A stretch of 64,000 nt of DNA, from contig CAVWLW010000026.1 of assembly GCA_963755715.1 (NCBI GenBank), positions 101,910-165,909 on the forward strand. The letters run 5' to 3'. Shown one piece after another: positions 40,969 through 50,418 of this stretch (position 1 is the first letter of the stretch; each line of letters starts with the position of its first letter). Position numbers and translations under genes: made by a program. The notes under the pieces were generated by a model, which saw only the letters and a program-made list of their open reading frames with translations, was not told where the DNA came from and ran no database searches. The stretch comes from an uncultured delta proteobacterium. Its GTDB lineage: Bacteria > Desulfobacterota > Binatia > UBA9968.

Positions 40969-42012
40969 ATGCGCTTCGGAACTTTTAGTTACAACCAATC
41001 GCGACCGGCGGTGCCGGAAAAACAAGCCTTCGAAGAATTGCTCGAGCAAATCTTGCTCACCGAGAAGTTAGGCTTCGACGAGGCCTGGTTCGCCGAGCAC
41101 CATCATTCCGACTACGGCATGCTGGCGTCGCCGAATTTGATCATCGCTACGCTCGCGCCGCGCACCCAACGTCTGCGCATGGGTAACCTCGTGAACGTCT
41201 TGCCGCTCTACGATCCGATGCGCCTCGCCGAGGAATGCGGCATGTTGGATATTCTCACGAACGGACGGCTGAACGTCGGCCTCGGCCGGGGCGTGCCGCG
41301 CGATGATCTCAAGCACGGGCTCGACCGCGACACCGCCCAAGCGCGCTTCGAAGAAGGCATCGAAATACTGATGCGCTCCTGGACCGAAGACACTTTCACC
41401 TACACCGGCAAAGCGTGGAACTACGTCGACATCATCTGCCGTCCGCGGCCGCTGCAGAAACCGCATCCGCCGATTTACTACGGCGCCACTTCGCCCGATA
41501 GCCCGGCGATGGTCGCGCGTCGCGGCTGGAACCTGGCGCTGTCGCGCCAACCGCTCGCGAACTGCGCGCGGGCGATCCAGTCCTATCGCGACGAACGCGC
41601 CAAGCACAGCGAATTACCGGGCACAGGCGACGCGATCATGGTGCGCGATATCTACGTCGCCGACACTGACGAGCAGGCGTGGAAAGAAGCGACGCCGCAG
41701 ATCACTCGCTTTTGGCAACTCGCCACCGACAACGTCTGGCGCGGCGACAGCGTGTCCACCGATGACCTGCCAAAATTCACGGAGCGGTTTCCGTATTTTC
41801 CCGGCGGTCTCACGGTCAAGCGCCTCGATGAATGGGGCACATCACTGATCGGCAGTCCGAACACGGTCATAAAAAAAGCCCGCGTGATGATCGAAACCGC
41901 ACGGCCGGATAGTCTAGTCGGTATGTTCAGCTTCGGCGGTTTGAAACATGAGCAGGTCATGCATTCGATCGACCTTTTCGCGACCAAGGTAATGCCGGCG
42001 CTGGGCGCGTGA
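40969..42012 (+). CDS. LLM-class flavin-dependent oxidoreductase (luciferase-like)
   Basis: GFDEAWFAEHH, PMRLAEE..LDILTNGRLNVGLGRG and PRPLQKPHPPI motifs. Confidence 0.9.
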   Translation: MRFGTFSYNQSRPAVPEKQAFEELLEQILLTEKLGFDEAWFAEHHHSDYGMLASPNLIIATLAPRTQRLRMGNLVNVLPLYDPMRLAEECGMLDILTNGRLNVGLGRGVPRDDLKHGLDRDTAQARFEEGIEILMRSWTEDTFTYTGKAWNYVDIICRPRPLQKPHPPIYYGATSPDSPAMVARRGWNLALSRQPLANCARAIQSYRDERAKHSELPGTGDAIMVRDIYVADTDEQAWKEATPQITRFWQLATDNVWRGDSVSTDDLPKFTERFPYFPGGLTVKRLDEWGTSLIGSPNTVIKKARVMIETARPDSLVGMFSFGGLKHEQVMHSIDLFATKVMPALGA

Positions 42013-42055
42013 CGAAAAGATTAAGGATGATGGATAAATCGGTAAGGCAATCAAA

Positions 42056-43168
42056 ATGACAAATCACGACAAAGATGTAGCTTTGCAATGGCTCGAAGTC
42101 CGTGATGAACGGCTCGACTGGCTAAACGTCGCCGACTGGGAACCGCGAGACGGCGGTCTGCAGCCGGTGCGCGTGCCAAAATTTTGGCGCGATCAGTGGC
42201 CGGCGCGCACGGCGCGCCGCGGCATGTCGGCGGCGGGTGTGACGTTGCGCCTGCGCACGGACTCGAAGAAACTGGTTTTGTCGGTCACCTTCATCGACTC
42301 GCCTGACGCGCCGGACAATGCGGCGGTCGCCTGGGAGCGTTCTCGCCCATCGTTTTTCTCGCTCTACCGCGACGGCAAGTACGTCTCCAGCGTCGCGGCG
42401 TTGACCCAATGGACTCGGCAAGACGTGACGATTTACGACGATCCTCAAATATCCGGCGAAGCGGAAATCCAAGTGCTGTTTCCGTTCTACTATCGCAACG
42501 CCGAGATCATCGTCCATGCCATGGGCATCGAGCCACAGGCGGCACTGAGACGCCCGGCGCCGGACAACCGCCCGCGAGTATTATTTCACGGCGACTCGAT
42601 CACGCACGGCCACGGCGTCACCAGCCCGCGGGAAACTTACGTCTGGCAAGTCGCGGAGAAACTAGGCTGTGTGCCGCTCAATTATGGCTTTGGCGGCAGC
42701 GCGTGGGCGGATAACGTCGTCGCACAGACGATAGCGAGCCGGAACGACTGGGACGTGCTCACGATTATGATCGGAACGAACTCCCTGATTGGATCCGATG
42801 CAGCTGGAAAACCGGAGACCGTTGCGCAATACATCGCAAAATATGATTCCTATCTCGCTACGATTCGAGCGGCGGCGCCGACCAAGCCGATCCTTTGCAT
42901 CACACCGATTTTGAATCGCGCCGACTTAAAGCCCAGCGGCAATCAAAACGGCGAGAGACCGAACGCTTACCGCGACGGCATCGCTAATGTGGTTCAGCGA
43001 CGGCAAAAGTCGGATGTGAATTTGTACCTGCTCGATGGATTGACAATGATCAATGATTCGCTCTATTTGCTGGTCACCGACAATGTGCATCCCAACGACG
43101 CCGGCATGCACCGTATCGCCAAAGGCGTCGCCGCAGCGCTCCAACCGATCCTGGAACGCTTGAAGTAA
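42056..43168 (+). CDS. SGNH/GDSL hydrolase family protein
   Basis: FHGDSITHG (block I), NYGFGG, IGTN, DNVHPNDAG (block V). Confidence 0.85.
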   Translation: MTNHDKDVALQWLEVRDERLDWLNVADWEPRDGGLQPVRVPKFWRDQWPARTARRGMSAAGVTLRLRTDSKKLVLSVTFIDSPDAPDNAAVAWERSRPSFFSLYRDGKYVSSVAALTQWTRQDVTIYDDPQISGEAEIQVLFPFYYRNAEIIVHAMGIEPQAALRRPAPDNRPRVLFHGDSITHGHGVTSPRETYVWQVAEKLGCVPLNYGFGGSAWADNVVAQTIASRNDWDVLTIMIGTNSLIGSDAAGKPETVAQYIAKYDSYLATIRAAAPTKPILCITPILNRADLKPSGNQNGERPNAYRDGIANVVQRRQKSDVNLYLLDGLTMINDSLYLLVTDNVHPNDAGMHRIAKGVAAALQPILERLK

Positions 43169-43192
43169 AAGACTCCGGAAAGGAACTAAGCG

Positions 43193-43957
43193 ATGACTGA
43201 CTACGTAAAAAAGTTCATGCCGCGTTTTCGCTATGGAGTGATCCAACCGCGCGCCCACGAAGACGTCCAGCGCGGGCGCAGCTACCAGCTCTATCGCCTC
43301 CTGCCGCTCGATTTCATGGAAATCTCAACGGGGCTTGGGCTCGAGAACTACACGGAAGAAGGCGTCGAGAAAGCCATCAAGAATTACTGGACCTGTGTCG
43401 ATCGGCTGGCTAAAGAAAAAGTGGATCATATTATATTTAGCGGCGCGCCGATCTCTGCGGTGCTGACCCGTCCGCGAGTGATCGAATTACTGCATCAGAC
43501 CAAAGAACGAACCGGTATCTCCGCCGACGCTCCGCTCGAAGCGCTGATCGCTGCGCTGAAACATCTCGGATTAAACAAACTTGCCATCGGCAGCCGCTGG
43601 GCTGATCCGGTCAACAACGCGATCATCCGTTACCTGGAAGGGGCCGGCATCAAAGTCGTCGGCATTACCAAGCGCAACCAGTGGGCGTCGGATTCTTTCG
43701 CCATGACCCTGGAGCAGGGCTTGGAAATGGCTCTCGATGTGGGACGCGAAGCGGCAAAAACCTGGCCCGAAGCCGAGGGTATTTCGGTGCCAGGGGGCGC
43801 TGCGATGGCACTGCACGTCATCCCGGCCTTGGAAGAAGAATTCGGCAAACCGACATTTACCAATATGAGCGCTGAAGTTTGGAATGATCTTGTCCGCCCC
43901 GGTATCATCCCGCCGATCGAAGGTTGGGGTCGTCTGCTCGCCGATGGCGGTCGCTAG
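43193..43957 (+). CDS. Maleate isomerase / arylmalonate decarboxylase-like (Asp/Glu racemase fold) protein lacking the catalytic Cys residues
   Basis: ALKHLGLNKLAIG..W...VN..I.RYLE.AG, LEEEFGKP and IEGWGRLL family pattern. Confidence 0.7.
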   Translation: MTDYVKKFMPRFRYGVIQPRAHEDVQRGRSYQLYRLLPLDFMEISTGLGLENYTEEGVEKAIKNYWTCVDRLAKEKVDHIIFSGAPISAVLTRPRVIELLHQTKERTGISADAPLEALIAALKHLGLNKLAIGSRWADPVNNAIIRYLEGAGIKVVGITKRNQWASDSFAMTLEQGLEMALDVGREAAKTWPEAEGISVPGGAAMALHVIPALEEEFGKPTFTNMSAEVWNDLVRPGIIPPIEGWGRLLADGGR

Positions 43958-44392
43958 AGGCGGGATGAGATCGCCGAAAAGAAGTTGCTCCGAACGACAG
44001 CGTCGCTGAGGCGCGCACATCTGCACGTGCAATCAGCGTGAAAAAAATTTTGGAGGCTCAGGCGGAAGCAGCGAACATTTCACGCGCAAGGAAAAGATAC
44101 GCTGTTGCCCTTGCAGCACAGCGCCGAGACCGACGGTTTGCCGGACGGCAACTTGCCGGCTTCGTCCCGCACTTCCATCAATAATTGATATTCCATGGCG
44201 CGCTTGCATGGGGGTGCTCCAAGGTCCTTCGACCAGGAACGGACATGTCGCAGGGCGGGCGCGCGGCGCTTCAAATGAAGTAAGTTTTAGTGAATGGCGG
44301 CAAATCGGACAAAACGTGGCGCTCTGAAGAATCGTCGCCTGGCAGTGCGGACAAGCGCGGGACTCGCCCGGCGCCGGTCGCGCGCGAGGCTT

Positions 44393-44911
44393 TCATCCGG
44401 CGCCTCCCTTTTTATCGAGATTATCCTCATGAGCGCGGCCGTTGGGAAATTTTGCAGCCTCGCTGGCGCTCCAACCAAATTCGACATGTCCGCGCATGCG
44501 CGAACCGGCCGCGACGGTGAGTGTGCTCGCTTTCAGATCGCCGATCAATTGCGCAGACTCCAGAAGGTTCACTTGACCGCTGGCGATCACGTTGCCTTCT
44601 AGTTCGCCGCCGAGCGTAACGTTGGCGGCGCTGATTTTTGCCGTAAGGCGGGCACCTTTTTCTAAATTCAGATCCCCCTTGATCTGAATGTCCCCTTTGA
44701 ACTTTCCGGCGATACGCACATTGGCGTCTCCCTCGATTCGTCCCTCGATGGTAACGCCGGCGCCGAACACCGACTCACCGCGTTCTTTTGTCAGACTCTC
44801 TTTCGCCGTTGCGGTCGCCACGACCTGCATGGGCGGCACTGCGGTCACGGCTGGCTTTTCAGCGGGCTTTTCATTGTTCTCTTCCGACGTTGTCTGATTC
44901 CATAGCGCCAT
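44393..44911 (-). CDS. Bactofilin (polymer-forming cytoskeletal protein, CcmA family)
   Basis: SVFGAGVTIEGRIEG..VRIAGKFKGDI..ISAANVTLGGELEGNV..LIGDLKASTLTVAAGSRMRG beta-helix. Confidence 0.9.
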   Translation of the reverse strand: MALWNQTTSEENNEKPAEKPAVTAVPPMQVVATATAKESLTKERGESVFGAGVTIEGRIEGDANVRIAGKFKGDIQIKGDLNLEKGARLTAKISAANVTLGGELEGNVIASGQVNLLESAQLIGDLKASTLTVAAGSRMRGHVEFGWSASEAAKFPNGRAHEDNLDKKGGAG

Positions 44912-44992
44912 AAAACCCTCCTAGCAAAATTACGATTTTTCGAGAGAGACTGTGTTTCGACAACCCTAAAACGTAAACCGGGGAGGTTTCAC

Positions 44993-45007
44993 GCAAGGCA
45001 GGTGCCA
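44993..45007 (-). promoter_or_regulatory. Sigma54 (-24/-12) promoter upstream of bactofilin
   Basis: Minus strand TGGCAC-CTGCC-TTGC matches the TGGCAC-N5-TTGC consensus. Confidence 0.65.
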
Positions 45008-45359
45008 AAACATAGCCGAGACCAGCGCCTGGCGGTAGGCGCGATACAGCAGTGCGAAGAGCAGCGTCGTATTGATGCGCTAATGACTTTTAGGGGAGTT
45101 TACCCGTTATTCGTACTAAGCCGAAGCGGAGAATTGCCAGGCTGCAGTCGAGGTGATCGAAAATTCAGACGACGATTGTGAACAGTGTCTGCGAAGCACT
45201 AATCACGCGCAGGGAAATCCGGTCACAAAGTGACTGTTAAAATGTGAGCGCCGCGTGACAAACTCGACGTCGACGGCGGGAATCATCGAACGACGCTGCT
45301 CCCATGCCTAGGTGGAAGATACCGGGCTTAATGACGGTCGATCCGATTCGTTGCCGCTC

Positions 45360-46015
45360 CTAAAATCCGATACCGACGCCAGCCGATGACCCGCGGCGGC
45401 GATCGAAATCGCGATCATACTGCCGCTGCTCGTCGCGCCGGGCGCGATCGACTTCGTTTTCCATCTCTTGACCCACCCATTCAGCGTCGGCGATCAACTC
45501 CGGCAGAGCAAAGTCTCTGGCGGTAATCTTATCCAGATCCTTCTCGATGGCGCCGCGTATTGCGCGCGTCGGATCCCAATAGACTCTGAAGGGACGGCTG
45601 CGCTCGAGATATTCAAGCCAATCGTGAATTCTCTTCATCGCGCTCTCGATCTCATTAGTCCCCTCGCCGTGTCGCCGCTGCGGGCAAGCGTAAGCCCCAG
45701 ATAAAGCCGTGCCAAGTTGTCGTCCCTATCTTTGGCGAGCGCGCGCTCGAGAGATTGGCGTGCTTCGTTATATCTCCCGAGCGCATACTGGGAGCGCCCG
45801 ACGTACGTCCAGATCCCTTCGCGAAAATACATGGACTGATAAACGTAATCAGGATCACGTTTTGCCGCCTCGAGGAAATAGGCCAGCGCGGTTTCCGGCT
45901 GGTTGATCAGTAGCGCCTGGCGTCCGGCTTGGTGCTGCCCAGCTACTTGAAAACCGGCACATCCGGCGAAAACGCAGATCAAAGAAAATGCTAGGAGCCG
46001 ACGCCGCACTCGCAT
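45360..46015 (-). CDS. TPR-repeat lipoprotein, frameshift near 45640
   Basis: Lipobox FAGC; TPR segments YVGRSQYALGRYNEARQSLERAL and ARLYLGL. The C-terminus is in ORF 45360..45638. Confidence 0.75.
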
Positions 46016-46023
46016 ATGAGTAC

Positions 46024-46053
46024 AGGCTAGGCGTGCGCCGGGGGCGATGTCAA
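46024..46053 (-). promoter_or_regulatory. Sigma70-type promoter of a probable leaderless mRNA
   Basis: Minus strand TTGACA(46053)-N18-TAGCCT-N8-ATG(46015). Confidence 0.5.
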
Positions 46054-46201
46054 TTGGGCGTCGACTGCTCCTCTGACCCGACTGTCTCGGCTTGCGTACG
46101 GGTCGGAGACTCGCGCCGCGCGAGCCGGTTCTGCGCCCAATGATTTGACTTGATTGGCTGATCTACGTTAACTGTCATCGCCAGCAACCTGGAGGTGGCT
46201 T

Positions 46202-47290
46202 CTGAAAATTACGGATGTCAAAGCGACGCTGCATCGCGTGCCGATCGATGTGCCGCTGCTGAAAGAAAAGATTGTCACGTCGATTTTGTTTGCCGCCGTC
46301 GAAACCGATCTCGGCGTAACAGGCTACGGCCTCACGCGCGGCTCGCAACGGTTCGGCATGCGCGAATTCATCAATCGTGAGCTGGCCCCGTTCCTGCGCG
46401 GGAAGAATCCGCTCGAGACTGAGCGCATCTGGAATCAACTTTATAAGCAATTCAACCCGCGCGCCCAGACCGGCATGTGGAGCTCCGCCGTGAGCGCCAT
46501 CGACATCGCGCTCTGGGATATCAAAGGCAAGCACTATAAAGAACCGGTCTGGCGTCTGCTCGGCGGCGCGCAGAATCCGGTGCAAGCTTACGTCACCTTC
46601 GGTCTCAAACAATATTCCAAGGAACAATTGGTCGAAGTCGCGAAACAACTCGTCGCCCAGGGCGAGACACGGCTCAAGATGGTCGTCGCGGTCGATCCGG
46701 AGAATCCCAAGCTCGACGCCGAGCGTGTACGCGCCGTGCGCCATGCGGTGGGCGACGAAGTTGAGTTGATGATCGATGCCAACTATCTTTTCTCGTTCAA
46801 CCGCGCGCTCGAACTGTGCAAGTTGGTCGAGCCTTGTGGCATCACCTGGTTCGAAGAGCCGGTTTATCAGAACGATGCCGCGCTGCTCGCCGACTTGCGC
46901 CGCCATACTTCGATCCCGCTCGCCGCCGGCCAAAACGAGGGACACCGTTTCCGCCATCGGGAGCTCATCGTTAACCATGCCGTCGATATCGCCCAACCCA
47001 ATGTCTGCTCCGTCGGCGGTTACACCGAAGCGGTTAAAGTCGCCGCGTTGGCGCAAGCGTTTAATCTGCCGATCGCCAACGGCGGCGGCTGGCCGCATCA
47101 CAACATGCATCTGCAGGCGGCGATGGCGAACGGTTGGCGCGTCGAGTTTCACTTTGAAATGTGGGGCGTCGGCGACAAAATCTACAAAGAACCGGCAGCG
47201 CCGGATCACGGCTGGGTGACCTTGCCGGAAACGCCCGGCTTAGGCTTGGAGCCGCGCTTCGACGCGCTCAAAGAGTATGAAGAAAAATAA
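46202..47290 (+). CDS. Mandelate racemase / muconate lactonizing enzyme family (enolase superfamily); probable CTG start
   Basis: GGAGG RBS then CTG-KITDVKATLHRVP. SAIDIALWDIKGK, LMIDAN, WFEEP, AAGQN and PGLG motifs. Confidence 0.88.
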   Translation: MKITDVKATLHRVPIDVPLLKEKIVTSILFAAVETDLGVTGYGLTRGSQRFGMREFINRELAPFLRGKNPLETERIWNQLYKQFNPRAQTGMWSSAVSAIDIALWDIKGKHYKEPVWRLLGGAQNPVQAYVTFGLKQYSKEQLVEVAKQLVAQGETRLKMVVAVDPENPKLDAERVRAVRHAVGDEVELMIDANYLFSFNRALELCKLVEPCGITWFEEPVYQNDAALLADLRRHTSIPLAAGQNEGHRFRHRELIVNHAVDIAQPNVCSVGGYTEAVKVAALAQAFNLPIANGGGWPHHNMHLQAAMANGWRVEFHFEMWGVGDKIYKEPAAPDHGWVTLPETPGLGLEPRFDALKEYEEK

Positions 47291-47324
47291 CGCAGCGGCA
47301 ACAAAACTCTTCGGAGGAAATTCA

Positions 47325-48293
47325 ATGAGGCGCGAATTATTTTATTTGGCAACCCTTGTCGCGGCAATTTTCTTGATCTCTTCTACTCCGTCGTTCGCCG
47401 CCGACAAGATAACGATTAGCTCGACCAATCCGACGGCGTTCGACATTGACTATGTCGCCGCCAAGGACAAAGGCTTTTTCGCCAAGGAGAACCTCGATGT
47501 CGAGCCGACCTACATGACGCCGGACCTGGTCATCAAGGCGCTCATCGCCGGCACAGTCGACCTGGCGCGATCGGGCACCCACTTCGGCGTGATCGCCGCC
47601 GCCCGCGGCGCCGAGATCAAAATCATCGGCGGCTCGAACTACGGTTATCCCTATCAGGTGATCGGCAACCCGCAGTTCAAGACCCTGACCGATCTCAAAG
47701 GCCAGAAGATCGCCGGCGCGTCCCTCGCAAGCATCACCACGACAATCTTCAAAGACGTCATGCAGCGCCGCGGTGTCCCGCCGTCGGCTTACACCCTGCT
47801 TTTCGTCGGTGGCAGCCCGGAGAGATTTCAAGCCGTCGCGTCGGGCCAGGTGGCTGCTTCGCTGGCCGAGGCGCCGCCGTACAATTTCAAATCCATCGAG
47901 GCCGGCAGAAGAGTGCTGCTCAACTACTCCGACGAGATCAAAAATTTGCAGTACACGTCGTTTTTTGCGACGACCAAAACGCTGGCCCAGAACCGCCCGC
48001 TGTTCGTCCGCTACATGCGCGCGATCAGCCAGGGCATGCGTTGGCTCAACGACCCGGCGAACGAAAAAGCCGCCATCGAGCTGATGGTACAACGCTTGAA
48101 GGTGGATCAAGCGATCGCGGTCCAGACCTATAAATTCATGATTCCCGAGAACAAAGCATTCGCGCATGAAGGCAGCATCGACGGTGCCGGCCTGGCCGAA
48201 ATGATTCGCCTGCTCGAGTCGGACAAGATGATTGCCAAGCGCGAGCCTTGGGAGATGTTCGTCGATCCGGCGTTCATTTCACAGGCGAAATAA
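47325..48293 (+). CDS. ABC substrate-binding protein, NMT1/SsuA family
   Basis: AAKDKGFFAKENLDVE, DLKGQKIA, GGSPERFQA and FVDPAF motifs. Confidence 0.85.
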   Translation: MRRELFYLATLVAAIFLISSTPSFAADKITISSTNPTAFDIDYVAAKDKGFFAKENLDVEPTYMTPDLVIKALIAGTVDLARSGTHFGVIAAARGAEIKIIGGSNYGYPYQVIGNPQFKTLTDLKGQKIAGASLASITTTIFKDVMQRRGVPPSAYTLLFVGGSPERFQAVASGQVAASLAEAPPYNFKSIEAGRRVLLNYSDEIKNLQYTSFFATTKTLAQNRPLFVRYMRAISQGMRWLNDPANEKAAIELMVQRLKVDQAIAVQTYKFMIPENKAFAHEGSIDGAGLAEMIRLLESDKMIAKREPWEMFVDPAFISQAK

Positions 48294-48351
48294 TACCGTC
48301 GCCGCACCATTCCGCAGTCCTTCCGTCACGATTTACGTTGGTCTGCAAAAA

Positions 48352-48383
48352 GGTCGGGGCAGGTTCTGAAACCTGCCCCGACC
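48352..48383. repeat. REP-like perfect palindrome between convergent genes (possible terminator)
   Basis: GGTCGGGGCAGGTT-CTGA-AACCTGCCCCGACC. Confidence 0.65.
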
Positions 48384-48417
48384 ATGACTGTCTTGATTCG
48401 AATGCCCAAAAAGAGCT

Positions 48418-49401
48418 TTATGGCTTCCAGCCGCTTGCTCTGATCTCTTCGTTGGCTTTCTTGACGAAGCTCAAATCGAAGATATCGGCGACTTTGATGT
48501 CGCGCTGCACTTTCGTTGTTCTTTTCATGTCGTCGATCATCGTTTGCAACACCTTGTCGTCGCTGAATCCTTCCTTGAGCACGAGCCGGGATTGGATGTC
48601 ATAAATCAAGCTCACCAGCTCGCGGTCCCTCATGCGCAAGCCATCCATCATGTATTTGATCGCCGATTCCCGCTTGCTGACGTAGTAGTTCAGCCCTTTG
48701 AGAGCGCCGCGGACAAAGCGAAAGATTTTTTCCGGATTCTGCTTGATCTTGTCTTGGGAGGTCGACAATCCGCCTTCGATGAGATTGGCATACTCGCTCG
48801 CGGTGCCGAGCTTGATGAAGCCCTCCTTTTGCGCTCGGATGCTCATCGCCGTGTTGAATAGCGTCGCTTGAATAGTCTTCGTCTGCAGCGCCGGAAAGCG
48901 CACTTCGTCGCCTCCCATCACCACGAGATTCACATCCTTCGTTGGATCTAACCCGTTTTTCCGCAAGATCTCGCGCGCCACGACGGCGAGCGATCCCTCC
49001 GGCGACATGATCCCGATGTTTTTGCCGCGTAACTGTGCCACCGATTTGATGTCCGACACCGCAATCAAATCCCATCCGGGCTTGTCCTGGAAAACCGTGA
49101 CAAGTCTGACGGGAACGCCCCTGACCGCAGCCGCCAGCGCGCTCCCCGCATTGGTGAAAAAATCGACTTCTCCAGCGAGGGTCGTCCGAATTGCGATTTC
49201 GCCGCGAATGCTCAACAACTCCACGTTAAGGCCTTCTTCTTTGAAGTAGCCTTCCTTTTGCGCAATGACCAGCGCAAAAACGGACGTGTTCATCGAAGGA
49301 TAGGCGACGCGGAGATTATCTACGGCGCATGCAGGCTCGACGGCGACGAGTAAAAGTATCGAACCGACAAAAACCCATGGCGTTACTATCCAGCGCTTCA
49401 T
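48418..49401 (-). CDS. ABC substrate-binding protein, NMT1/SsuA family
   Basis: IAQKEGYFKEEGLNVE, QLRGKNIG, GLDPTKDV and IFDLSFVKKA motifs. Confidence 0.87.
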   Translation of the reverse strand: MKRWIVTPWVFVGSILLLVAVEPACAVDNLRVAYPSMNTSVFALVIAQKEGYFKEEGLNVELLSIRGEIAIRTTLAGEVDFFTNAGSALAAAVRGVPVRLVTVFQDKPGWDLIAVSDIKSVAQLRGKNIGIMSPEGSLAVVAREILRKNGLDPTKDVNLVVMGGDEVRFPALQTKTIQATLFNTAMSIRAQKEGFIKLGTASEYANLIEGGLSTSQDKIKQNPEKIFRFVRGALKGLNYYVSKRESAIKYMMDGLRMRDRELVSLIYDIQSRLVLKEGFSDDKVLQTMIDDMKRTTKVQRDIKVADIFDLSFVKKANEEIRASGWKP

Positions 49402-49603
49402 AACCAAGCTCCCTTCTTTACCTTTGAATGGCACGCCGCGTCGGGCAACCGCAAACGCGCAGCAGTTGACCGCCTTCTATCTCGCGATCAAGTTTCGGTC
49501 AAACGCAAAGAACCAGCTGGTATAAGACGACTCGTCGTTCTCGTTGAGGGATAGTCCGATCCCTATACCGACGCCTCGGTCTGATGTTCACGCCTCAAAC
49601 AGG

Positions 49604-50312
49604 TTATCCAATCGTTATCGCGATGCGAAACCCGTAATCTGCGTATTTAAAACTCGGCGGCAGCGAGCTGCGCGCGGCACAGCGGCTAAACTTGATGCGG
49701 TGGCGCCATGAGCCGCCGCGCGACGCGCGACGCTGTCCGGATGATGGGCCGGGCGGATTTCGCGCCGGCGAATAGCGATAGTAGTTGTAATCATAGTAAT
49801 CCGCGCACCACTCGTGCACGTTCTCGCTCATATCGAACAATCCGAAATCGTTCGGCTCATTGACGCCGACTTTTGCCGGGCCGCCGGTCTGAGGATCGCA
49901 ACCTATGAAGTATTTTTCTGACGGCGGCTCGTTGCCCCAGGGATAAGAGCGCGTCCTTCTTTCTCGCCGCGCGCCGCGCGCTCCCACTCGGCCTCGGTGG
50001 GCAGTCGAAACAGCCTTTCGGTTTTTTCGCTCAGCCACTGACAATATGCCGCCGCGTCGTCCCAACTGACGCCGACCACCGGCTGGTTTTCGTTGGAGAA
50101 CATCGGGTCGCGCCAAAACGGCGGCAGTACTCTTTGTGTCTCTTCGAGAAATTGCTTGTACTCTCTATTCGTGACAGGAAATCTGGCGATACCGAAGCTA
50201 GTCGAGCCACACTCGATGGCAGGGCCGTTCGTTTTCCTGTTCTCGCTCGCTCCCCATTAAAAATGAACCTTCGGGAATTATGACGATGTCGGGATTGGCT
50301 GGATGTCATCAT
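49604..50312 (-). CDS. Formylglycine-generating enzyme family (SUMF1/EgtB/PvdO) protein, multiple frameshifts
   Basis: Pieces read IPEGSFLMG, QPVVGVSWDDAAAYCQW, RLPTEAEWERAARG, YPWG, NDFGLFDMSENVHEWC, RGGSW and GFRIA. Confidence 0.8.
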
Positions 50313-50418
50313 AACTGCAAGAAACTAAAGCCGCATGTGAACCGACTGTCAAGCCGGCGATTGCATGGGGTTGAGGAATTGCCGTATAAGCGGTTGTCCG
50401 AAAAAGGCGGAGGTTTTC

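Noticed and set aside
30288-50312. Diversity-generating retroelement targeting the FGE/C-lectin-fold genes
   Set aside because: No reverse transcriptase in the window, and no template/variable repeat pair differing at adenines was seen near either FGE-domain gene.
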